64,000 nucleotides of DNA, from assembly GCA_045837725.1 (NCBI GenBank), contig JBEWZL010000216.1:248001-312000 (forward strand). The letters are read 5' to 3'. The DNA is from Vermamoeba vermiformis (taxonomy: Eukaryota). A program made the position numbers and the translations under genes. Positions 50,221 through 60,502 of this stretch are shown here, in pieces (the stretch's first letter is position 1; the number at the start of each line of letters is the position of its first letter). Below the pieces are notes generated by a model. It was not told where the DNA came from. It was given only the letters and a program-made list of their open reading frames with translations, and did not search any database.

Positions 50221-50542
50221 CCACGGTGGTGCGACTTACAAATTTGAGATATATATATTATTTTGTGTCGACAAAACGAATAAAAATTCGTTCTTAACGG
50301 ATTACTGAGATCAAGATCTGACCTTACAATAGCTTGGGTGACCGTCAGTATCAAGCCAAAGAGTTGACTCTTTGATTAGATTAATACCATCAGTAGCCAC
50401 TGGTATCTGTTTTATCAATGTGTGTAAATTTAGGCACAATTCAGCGAATTCCAAATTGGGGAAAGGAAGTTCAAATAAACGAATCGAAGTTTGACAATTT
50501 AAACTTTTTTTGGACCTCATAACACCACTACGCATCGGTAAC

Positions 50543-52572
50543 ATGGAAGGCTTGCTGATAGACACGTTTCGTGTGATTCTGGGGTACTTGGATGCAAAAG
50601 AGCTGTGCCTAATTGCAACGGTAAGTCTAATAAATCATCAAAAATATCCATAATAATTTATCGTATGTAGGTAAACAAAAAATGGTGTTATGAAGCCAAT
50701 TCTGCCGCGTTATGGCGAGATCTATTTTTGATATTAAACGAGAAATTTTTTAAGTCGAACGATAAAGACAAACAATTCTACGAATTAGTACGCACAACAA
50801 CAGTACCTCAAATCTATAATGACTGGAAACGTGCCTATATTATTGTAAGATTCATTTCTTATTCTACCTATTTTCCGATCGAACTGATTGCTTGTCTCAT
50901 TCAGAAATCGAAGTATAAAACTTCTCAAAGTCGTGTATGGTGCTTATCCGAATGCGCAGTATTGGCGGGACACCAAACACCGCAGTTGGACGTTCACGAC
51001 ATGGGTCCTATTGCGCATCAGCCAATGATGTTCGAACAATTCGCTACAAAAGTATTATACTAAGAATTACTATGATCAATTCACTCACTAAATCGTATTT
51101 CATAGCTCGTTAATTATACTGACCCTCCATCAACTGCGCATAAGCGAGAGGCCAACAACGATGAACCTTGCAAGGGTTTATTTCAACAAGTGTGCAAGAC
51201 GTTAGGTACCTATGAATCCTATGATATACATATAAATTAGTACGCATACTTAACGAAGGTAATTAGGAGACGATCTGAGACGCGCATGGATGATTGTGGA
51301 TGCATCCAGAGCTGAAGGTCTTACGAATCTTCTAGGCATGGAAAGCAACGCTATATTCACTACACTAATGGGCTCGTTCTTCAATCTCACCAATGTCCGC
51401 AACTTTCCTTATTTGGTCAAGGTGGATAGTTGTTTAACATTCTGCGAACACGTGTACGACACAAGTGGCGGTAACTGGTGCTATTTGATGGTCGAACATC
51501 CGTCATTGCAGAACCATATCGATTCAGTGTGGTATTTGAATTGCGATGCGAATCTTTATCCGACCAAGGTACGAAAAAACACATCCGTGCAAAAAAAAAT
51601 TCAACCACTAAATCTCATTTAGGACTATATAGTATTAATACTACTATGCGCCTCGTTATATATTTTTAATTAATACTTTTGATGCGTTTCAAGCTCGTGT
51701 AACGGCTTTGTACTGACTTCCTTTTTAGGAAATGAAAACCATGGCGTTTTTGCGTCGACATTTCATGAAGTTCTACACGTGGTACAATAATTTCTTCAGA
51801 TTAGGCGAGTTGCACAATATCATCATGATGCTACATATCTACGAGCAAAGTGTTCGCGACGAATTATTCTACGAAATTCTTCTGAGCCCGATCAACAATT
51901 ACCCGATCAGAACGCCGATAGTGGACTATTATATTCTTATAGGTTAGTATAGCTCTTTACAAAATCAAAATTTCGTGGTTACAATTCATTTTGTACCGGC
52001 ATTTCCTAATATGGTAATCTCCGTTACTAGATGACAAGAAAAGATTCTTCTCGGAAAAAATAGCCGTCGTTGGCCCGAATTTTGTGCCTATTAAAGTCGG
52101 TTTGAACGGCAAGAAAGAAGATCAAAAATTGCTTTCGGAATACGTCACTTTAACGTAAGTACCATTGCCTTTTATAGAAGTCACCATTAATCTGAATATT
52201 ATATCAGTTTCTTATGGCGAGCTGAAACGTCTATTAAGCAAAATGTTCCTGGTTTAGAGGATTCGGATCTGATTCCAAAGCTCCGAGAGTTGAGCGCACA
52301 AGTAAGGCCTATTAACTTTAATATATCAACATATGAGAACAATCTAATCATTATTACTATATTAGGCAAAATCGTATGGTTTCACCACAGAACGCGACCA
52401 CGCCACCTACTTCTTTTGGTACTACGTTTGTCCGACGTTCACTGAAAATCCGCTGATTAAAGAGATCTTGGAGAACAGAACTGGTGAACATAACACCGCG
52501 GCTCGAGTCAAGCTGATCCAAGAAATTGTGGGTCAACTGATAGATCCGAAGGAAGATGGTGATAGTAAATAA
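50543..52572 (+). CDS. F-box protein fused to a DUF4123-like (T6SS effector chaperone/adaptor) domain (9 exons)
   Basis: F-box MEGLLIDTFRVILGYLDAKELCLIAT|VNKKW...LWRDL. Then AWMIVDASR...FPYLVKV...GGNWCYLMV...FLRRHFMKF...FFRL...LLSPI. C-terminal helical part: FLWRAETSIKQNVP...AKSYGFTTERDHATYF...PTFTENPLIKEIL. The F-box call is secure; the DUF4123 call rests on motif recall. Confidence 0.75.
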
Positions 52573-52812
52573 TAATGGCTTGATTGTATCTTAGCAATCA
52601 TGTAGGCTAGTAATCTATATAATTTTTGTACATTATGTGACCAAACAACGGTTCGTTGACCAGCGTTGACCGAAATTGATATTTTTGTACGGGTTCGGCA
52701 ATAGGTTCGAGAAAAGATATTTTGCAACAATTTAATCAAAACTAAGCAATAACATACAAATGTACGATGATTATACATGAAGAGCTGCTTTATTTACGGA
52801 CAACAATTGAGC

Positions 52813-53049
52813 TCAGATCTTGGTGTCGCCGATCTGCGTTACTTTATCAAAGACGCGCACTACTTTTCTTGTGCCAATTTTGTCTACTTTACCAAGAGCC
52901 CAAACAACAGTATCGTTGCCGATCTTTGTAACTTTGTCGAAGCTGTAGGTCACTTTATTCGCCCCAAACTTGTCGAATTTGCCAAAGCTCTTCGTGCACG
53001 AGCCGTAGATCTTGGTCAACGCTTTTTCCCAGTCGCAAGTGTTGTCCAT
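52813..53049 (-). CDS. 78-aa 15-aa-repeat microprotein, family copy 4
   Basis: MDNTCDWEKALTKIYGSCTKSFGKFDKFG...KVTQIGDTKI. The ATG at 53049 is inferred by homology with the other copies. Confidence 0.85.
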   Translation of the reverse strand: MDNTCDWEKALTKIYGSCTKSFGKFDKFGANKVTYSFDKVTKIGNDTVVWALGKVDKIGTRKVVRVFDKVTQIGDTKI

Positions 53050-53294
53050 TGTGTATGAGTTGTTGATAGCAGAACCTGATTGCTGGATAGATTTAATCTT
53101 AAAGTATTCACCAGAATAAAACCAGAAAATATCCCGAACAGCAGTCCAGTTCGAAATTTCAAATGCACATGGTACAGGACCGTCCCGTATTACTACTCGT
53201 TTACTCACATGTAAACAACCATCAGATCCGTTGAAAGTTCGAAAAATATTCCTCGAGACGAGTGTGCCAGATCTTGCAAAAGTGCTGTTTACTA

Positions 53295-55736
53295 TTAAAA
53301 CAATTTTTCTATTAAAAACAGCTCCGTGTCTTTAACTTCCTTAGCATCGGCAGAGATCTTGTTTTTCACTGAATTAAACGTCAAAAATGTGTTGTGATGG
53401 CTTTTCAACGCTACTTTTGGATTATCATTGTCCTGCACCACGAACATTAGCTAGTCATATCGCCAAATGCTACGCGATATCACTTACCTTATCATTTTTG
53501 AAATAAATGACAGTCCATTGTTCCCAATCCTTCGCTTCATTTCTAAAATTGGATACGTTAAGTACGTACTGTCATATTGCCTAATATGGTAAATTCCGTA
53601 CCTATTAGCTACTGCGCTGCCGTTCATTTGACCGCACAAGTACTTCAAATTATGGTTCTTAAGCGAGATCTTCGAGGGGTTGGTCGGATCCAATCGTTCC
53701 AAGGTCCACACTTCCCATTCATTAGCCTCGGGCTTATTCGCTGTAATATTGCCGCTCTTGTCTGATGACAGATAACTGTACGAGAAGCACTGTTAGTTCC
53801 ATTCCGTGAAAAATTGGTTACCTCGCTAATCAGGTACCGTGTCAAAGTGTCACTTTTTGACACGTGTCAAACATATTTTTCACAGTCACTTAAATATCTT
53901 CGTATTCAAATTATTTTGACTTACTTGTCATTGCAGGCCTTGATTTTAACGAATTCTAATTCAAGCATTGGTTGATCGGGCGAAGCAATCTAATTACAAT
54001 TAATAAACTTGATCCGCATTTGAATTTATGACAGTCCCTACACACCTGCATGAATGGATGGTCCCGCGCTGGATTTGTTTTAATTTCTTGTAAAAATTGT
54101 TGCAAACCATCGATCCAATAGTTTAACAAGTCAGGACTCGGCGCGGACAATTGATAGACACGACCTAAACAACAATTTATGAGTCATATAGCACTATAAT
54201 ATCTTTAATAATATACCTGCAGTATGTATATCAAGCCCGCGTTCATTGCCCCAAGCAATACCTGTTGGTTTTACTTCTGACACGGAGTACAGATCTGACG
54301 CGAAAAAATGAAAATTAGTTTCAGAAAGATTTATAAGGACTAAAGTAGGTCATATGATAGTATTATTATCATTACCTATATTTCCTAACGGCGCAGTGTT
54401 TTTTTCTTCCGAGTAATAAAGTCGCATGTCAGGTCGTAATTGAAAATATCTTCTTTTCCATAATTTCACGAGACCCTTGTCACCTTTCTTCGATAAATAT
54501 CCTTCTAATAATACACCGTTGTTATTGTTGCTGTTATGTTGCTCATTTTGGTTATTGTTCCTCGGAGCATAATCCTGGATGTGAGTTTGTTGTAACATCC
54601 GCTGAAAGTCTTCTTTTTGCTTATTAATTTCATCCACAAATTCTTTAGTGAATATTATCTTATAGTTGTCTATTAAGTATATTAATAGCGCTTCTGCTCG
54701 CGTTGGTTCGTCGCCAGTATTTTTCGGTTTGAATAGCGGATCCAATAAAACAACTGCCAAATTTTCAGAGCTCATTTTGTTCTTATTTGCATTATAGGCT
54801 ATTAAATTACATAAATCGATCATCTGTTGCAATAATCTCTGCAAAGAAATAACGCATTAGTTATTGGATCCGCGAAGAAAATTCAAAATTAATAGCGCCG
54901 AATATGCACGTAGCAATTTATATGTAACGCTTACTTGATTTAAATAAGGCATTTTTAATATGGCCATTCTAATGGCTTGAATTGTAGCTTGTTGGTTATT
55001 TTCTTTCAGATCGATTGAAATTAATTCGCTCAATGCTGCATGCGGTACAAGTGCTTCAGGGAGCTCAGTTAAATATAGCTATAATATTAATAAGTATTAG
55101 AACTTAGGTACGATCATCTTGTAGCAATATGAGACAAATTTCCGAATTAAATCAATTATTTATTTCATTTCTGAAATTTTACCTTTAATAATGTCGCTAC
55201 ATTATGCGCAGAGGATTGTTCAAATGTAACTAGCTCTCCTATAAAAATACGAAAGAATTAGATCCGCGTAAAATTAATTTACAATTGTGAATAGTGATTA
55301 ACAATTAACACGATGCTGAATTGTTATAATTACCTTGGTCTATTTTCTGTTTTATCCTTTGTACTTCATTTACATCCTTCGTCAAGCTGAAAACTCCGAT
55401 CGTGTCAACGGCTACAAGCACAAACAGCAAATTTAGTACTATATCGGCTATATTATGACAGTATTAATTATTTTATACCTTTTTCAACGAGAAAGGGGAT
55501 AGCTAATTGCGTAAAATGCAAGATCCCATCTCGATCGGCTGTAGCCCAAGACTGCGTTAATGTTTTTCCAAAATGCTTTCCTATCATAGTAATGTACACT
55601 ATATAATTACAAAAGTAACAATAAAACAACAGTTCGCTTCGCGTCCAATCAAATTTTTGGCGTTCTCAAAATTACGTTAGATTTTCGGCTGTTCTTATTA
55701 ATATAGTATAGTTCATCACCCACGATGAGAATCCAT
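53295..55736 (-). CDS. RhoGAP (arginine finger absent) + PH + fascin-like beta-trefoil protein (multi-exon; start uncertain)
   Basis: RhoGAP: HFGKTL, IGVFSL, HNVATLLK|LYLTELPEALVP, NKMSSENLAVVL, LIDNYKIIF. PH: LEGYLSKKG...WKRRYF...WIDGL. Trefoil: EWEVWTL...ISLKNHNLKYLC, WEQWTV, VALKSHHNTFL. Confidence 0.8.
55231..55540. repeat. 310-bp direct repeat, copy 1 (inside the RhoGAP-PH gene)
   Basis: Near-identical to 58331-58640, including intron sequence. Confidence 0.92.
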
Positions 55737-56373
55737 TAGGTATCAGTTTGATTGGCAGTCAATGACTAAAGGTAAACTATTCGAGAACTTCATCATCCGT
55801 GTCGCCGCTGGTGCATGCGTAACTCTACTTGTTACCCAAACCATTAATTAAAATACTCAATAATGGAATATTTGCCATATTTAATCTTCGATCTTCTTAA
55901 ATAATTGCGATGCATTAAATAATAATTTTTTAATATTTTATTAGTGGACAATAAAGCGAACTCGATGATCCAATGTAGATAAATTAAAGACGCACAAAAA
56001 GCAAAAATACCAGCTTCTAAGACACTTGTTCATGAAATGAGGATTTGGCGGCCTGAGGATTGGCTTATCATGGACGAGCTATGCTATTTAATGCCCCTTG
56101 TTAACATTGACGACCAATCAAATTATGTGGCACGGCATCGTGATATTTAGGCCCAACAGCTGGTGGATCGTAACGATATTATTTCAGGACGTGTAACATC
56201 TTCAACTCCTGTCCAGTTGTACAAAAAAAACCGAACTTAACGTCACATCACCGGTCTCGAGTTAAGTCCAGTCTTATATCAATGTGACTGACAGCTGCCA
56301 AATCTTATAAGTAAAATCTTACTCGATATACTTTCAATCGTATTAATTTATTCTCTTCTAGTGAGCAACACAA

Positions 56374-58320
56374 ATGCGAGTTACTCTTTATTTAGTATTG
56401 TCCGGGGTTCTGTTATTGGCTGTTCAAGCGACGTTCACGAATCCGGTTGTGCTTTACACGGATGTGCCCAGCGGTCCTACATCTGGGGGCGAGAACAACC
56501 TGGGCTGCTATCTATCTATTTTTGGCAAGAATTTTGGTGACTCTCTCTCGTCAGTCAAAGTTTTCATCGGCCAAAACGAAGTTGCCAACTATCGTTTTCT
56601 AGCCAGATCCAAAGTCTACGACAAGACCGGAATACAACATATTGCCGTTCAAGTAGGCTCTCTTGGTGGGGCCAGCCAAGGAGTAGCTTTGCCTGTCAAA
56701 GTTGTTGTTAACGGCATTGCCAGCAACACGGATCACACTTTCACGCCCAATCCTGGCAACATTTTCTTCGCTTCTTTGACTGGAGATGATGCAACTGGTA
56801 CTGCGAACAACATTGCTAAGCCTTATCGACATTTGCAGTTAGAGTCTGACTTGACTGCCGCCATCCACGGTCAACTTCATGCAGGTGATCACGTCATTAT
56901 TAGAGGCGGTGATTGGAGTGATGCTGTTGGCTTCGAGACAGCATGGCTCAGATTCAGATATCCACAGCAACAAGGCTCGCTTCCAACTGGTCAACAACAC
57001 ACTGGTTGGATCCACTTCACGGCTTATCCTGGTGCCATCAATGGCAATGGATTAGAAGACGTCCATTACTCCACACCTGCCTCCGCCAAGGGTGGCTTCC
57101 AAGGTGCTAATTCGGCCTATGCGGGTACCACAGGAGACTTCATTTCGATCTCAAACATGCGCTTCGACATGAATGCTAATGCTCAAACTGATGCGGCCCC
57201 AGCTAATCTTCAGTACAGCACTGGTGCTTGGCGCGTTGTCAACAATGAGATTGGACCTTGGCCTTCTGTATTAGCTGCAAGATCTGGCGGCATCAGCGGT
57301 GGTGGCGATGGACTTACCGTATTAGGAAATCACGTGCACGATATCTCTCGACCTACGGATGCACTCGAAAATCATGGCATTTACGTCGATTCTTATGCTC
57401 AGAATGTTAACCTTGGCTACAATTGGTTCTACAATGTTTCTGGTGGCAACTTGATCCAACTCTACGATAGTTTAGGAGTGGCTGGTAGTGCAGATTGGGC
57501 AGGCTTCAACAACATTCAAATCCATCACAACTGGCTCGAGAAGTGTGCCAAGTACCCTATCAACCTTGCAGATGGCACCGTGTCAGCGAAGGTTTGGAAC
57601 AACATCGTCATTGGTTCAAACATGGCCGGCATTCGCTTCAACTCCGCGTACCTGGACAACATTGACATTGTTGTGGCTTTCAACACCTTCTACGACAATG
57701 CGCGTGTCAGTGTCATGGGCCTCGTACTGAATACTGGTGGTCTAGTCACTGGTACCATCAAAATAGCCAACAACATCATCGCTGCTGGTCCAAACACCGT
57801 GTCAAGCGCTGATTTCTACGTCAATGATGGTGCTGACAATGACACCTATATCTCATTCACGAACAACCTGTACTATGACCATGGACTTGGATTCACTCAA
57901 GTTGCTCGTGACACTCGTGGTCAGTACAAGGATCCGCTGTTCAATGGCCCAACGACGAATGATCTCTCGTTGAAAGTGAATTCACCAGCTGTAAACAAAG
58001 GTGATGCGTCTCTCAATGCAGCCATTACAGTATCAGAAGACTTCACTAGCATCGTCTTGCGTGACTCAAAGCCTGACCTGGGTGCGCTAGAGTACTCTAA
58101 TGTTACCGTATTAATGCCTCCGACGTCAAGTACGCCCGTGTCTACTGATAGCCCGTCACCCATTAACACTCCTTCAGCCAACCCGCCGCCCTCAAATGGA
58201 AGTCCAGCTGCTCAGACCGGAAGCCCAGTGCCATTGACTCAACACACTCCCGCGAAGCTCTCCGGTGCGGTGACATTCACTGTCTCCATGGTGTTGCTTT
58301 TGCCTGTGTTTTTATTCTAA
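56374..58320 (+). CDS. intronless secreted IPT/TIG + right-handed parallel beta-helix protein with S/P/T stalk and probable GPI signal; bacterial-like
   Basis: Signal peptide. PVVLYTDVPSGPTSGGENNLGCYLSIFGKNFG (IPT/TIG start). AGDHVIIRGG and Asn-ladder repeats (VLGNHVHDI, HGIYVD, IHHN, VWNNIV, VAFNTFYDN). Cap motif DPLF...LSLKVNSPAVNKG...PDLGALEY. Hydrophobic C-terminus. Confidence 0.85.
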   Translation: MRVTLYLVLSGVLLLAVQATFTNPVVLYTDVPSGPTSGGENNLGCYLSIFGKNFGDSLSSVKVFIGQNEVANYRFLARSKVYDKTGIQHIAVQVGSLGGASQGVALPVKVVVNGIASNTDHTFTPNPGNIFFASLTGDDATGTANNIAKPYRHLQLESDLTAAIHGQLHAGDHVIIRGGDWSDAVGFETAWLRFRYPQQQGSLPTGQQHTGWIHFTAYPGAINGNGLEDVHYSTPASAKGGFQGANSAYAGTTGDFISISNMRFDMNANAQTDAAPANLQYSTGAWRVVNNEIGPWPSVLAARSGGISGGGDGLTVLGNHVHDISRPTDALENHGIYVDSYAQNVNLGYNWFYNVSGGNLIQLYDSLGVAGSADWAGFNNIQIHHNWLEKCAKYPINLADGTVSAKVWNNIVIGSNMAGIRFNSAYLDNIDIVVAFNTFYDNARVSVMGLVLNTGGLVTGTIKIANNIIAAGPNTVSSADFYVNDGADNDTYISFTNNLYYDHGLGFTQVARDTRGQYKDPLFNGPTTNDLSLKVNSPAVNKGDASLNAAITVSEDFTSIVLRDSKPDLGALEYSNVTVLMPPTSSTPVSTDSPSPINTPSANPPPSNGSPAAQTGSPVPLTQHTPAKLSGAVTFTVSMVLLLPVFLF

Positions 58321-58330
58321 ATCACTACTG

Positions 58331-58640
58331 TAGCTCTCCTATAAAAATACGAAAGAATTAGATCCGCACAAAATTAATTTACAATTGTGAATAGTGAGTA
58401 ATAATTAACACGATGCTGAATTATTATAATTACCTTGGTCTATTTTCTGTTTTATCCTTTGTACTTCATTTACATCCTTCGTCAAGCTGAAAACTCCGAT
58501 CGTGTCAACGGCTACAAGCACAAACAGCAAATTTAGTACTATATCGGCTATATTATGATAGTATTAATTATTTAATACCTTTTTCAACGAGAAAGGGTAT
58601 CGCTAATTGCGTAAAATGCAAGATCCCATCACGATCAGCT
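58331..58640. repeat. 310-bp direct repeat, copy 2: orphan duplicate of RhoGAP exons and introns
   Basis: Matches 55231-55540 with few substitutions. Begins 11 bp after the stop of 56374-58320. Confidence 0.92.
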
Positions 58641-58944
58641 TTTCGCGAACAAGACAAATTTGACGTTCTTATTTTGTCAGATTTTCTTTCGTTCCTATCA
58701 TTTCGATACACACACCTTGAGCATGGTTCGACTTCCCGAATCTCAAATAGCAACACTATACTTAAATCAATCTTATTGACTCATCTTTGTACAGGGAATT
58801 AAAATTTCGCGAAAAGATTTTTTAGTTCACAACGGACCAAGAATTTGGCCTGTCATTCCGGCCTATTCGGTCGTTAAAACGACCAAATTCTCACCACTAA
58901 TTTATTTCATTTTTTGAATCAAAGCGCAACGAAACATACTGAAG

Positions 58945-60322
58945 ATGACTTTGGTTCGAATTCTTGCAACGGGGATCTTTTCCCTTCTTCTGCTCCAGTC
59001 CGTACTTGCTCAAGTCTATCCTTATACTAGAGTAAGCAATACGGGCATGACGCGAGTAACACAGATTAGAAGAGTTGGCAGTTACTTGTACGCGAACTGT
59101 TTCAGATCGAATGCACCTCTTGTGATGGCAATGTGCCGCACTAGCAGCGCCGAAGGATTTGTGTTCAACACTACTTTAGCAGAGCCTTTTAATTCCTACG
59201 ATGGATATAGCACGAATGTTGGAACCAACAGCGAATCTTTCGTCTTTGCTGGGGGATCGCAGACTCAGTTCCAAGGTAAGCCTTTATTCCTATGAATATC
59301 TCATAGACTGATATGATGTTTTTTACGCAGCTGGATCCGCTGCGTCTGTTCTTCAAGGAGAGATCGGCCGTCAACACTCGGCAGTGTCTTCGGTAGAACA
59401 AAACTTCATCGGCACAGTTGTCGCGACTCATTTCGCATACACGAACCAATCAGCGAACCAGATACACTACCACCTGCTATTCGCTCAAAATAGAACCTGG
59501 ATGCTTCAAAAGTTTAACGTATCCGGCACTGAAACGAGTTCCCAAGGCTGGGCGATAGAAACTGCAACATCTCCAGATCTGCAGGCGTGTCTTGGCTTAA
59601 TTAGCCCTGGTGACGTCATTATGCGAGCGGCTCCATACCTTAATCCAACGAGATTGTTCTTGTTCGTCACCGGGAGAGCCGAAAGGAATGGACAACGGTG
59701 CCCTAATTACTACCACTTCACACTGTTCGATCGATTTAGAGTGGATGCTGGTAGTTCTACATTTGACGCAGTGTCACCCGCGGGTCAAGTCACTTACTGG
59801 ATCAACGGCCGACAACGCTGCATTTTGAGACTTATAATTGAAAATGGAGACAGTTTTCTCAGTTGCGGATCAAGATCAGAGACATGGAATGCCCAAGCAT
59901 TAGCAGTAAAAGAAGATTCTTATTCAATTCTTTATGCGGCCACATCTGGTTGGATCTTCGCCCATCCTTTCATGTCGATAGCTAATTCGTCCATTCCTCT
60001 GGAAGACATGGTCGTTGATTCAATGATCGCCTTGGATAATCAGCTCTTATGGACTGCGACGGATGTTTTCGGCAATTCTTACACTTACCTTGCTGATTAT
60101 AACTCATTTGCGGCTTCTTGGAATCACACAACAGTGACACCAACAGCAGATTCAAGAAGCGTGGATCTGTTCCCTGAAATGCTAGGCTTCATGATCGCTT
60201 TCATTGTTTGTGCAGTATTCATGGTGATTGGATGGACTTTATTCATCGTTTTTAAGGTCCGAATGTCAAGAACGAGAGTCAGCAGAGTGGAATTGAACGA
60301 GCGCTTGATCAGCTCCAATTGA
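58945..60322 (+). CDS. type I single-pass membrane protein of unknown function (2 exons)
   Basis: Signal peptide MTLVRILATGIFSLLLLQSVLAQ, intron ~59276-59330, beta-rich ectodomain, TM MLGFMIAFIVCAVFMVIGWTLFIVF, and a short tail ending ELNERLISSN. Confidence 0.75.
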
Positions 60323-60502
60323 ATTACGACAATTCCAGTAAATAAAGATTTTTAATTTGAACGATGTCATTAGCGAAAATGAAAGGTCCCCTAGTTTTCA
60401 ACTGAACTGGATTAATGGCAGACAACAGTGCGATTTGAGTATTATCATGCCACGATAATTAGATCCAAACGTAGGATTAAAAAATTTTATTCTACTAGAA
60501 TA

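Noticed and set aside
53050-53208. N-terminal extension of the 131-aa ORF 52813-53208
   Set aside because: Paralogs start at MDNTCDW. The extension begins at a non-ATG codon and corresponds to leader or promoter sequence.
58568-58756. 62-aa minus-strand ORF containing ADRDGILHFTQLAIPFLVEK
   Set aside because: It is a by-product of the 310-bp duplication of RhoGAP sequence, not an independent gene.
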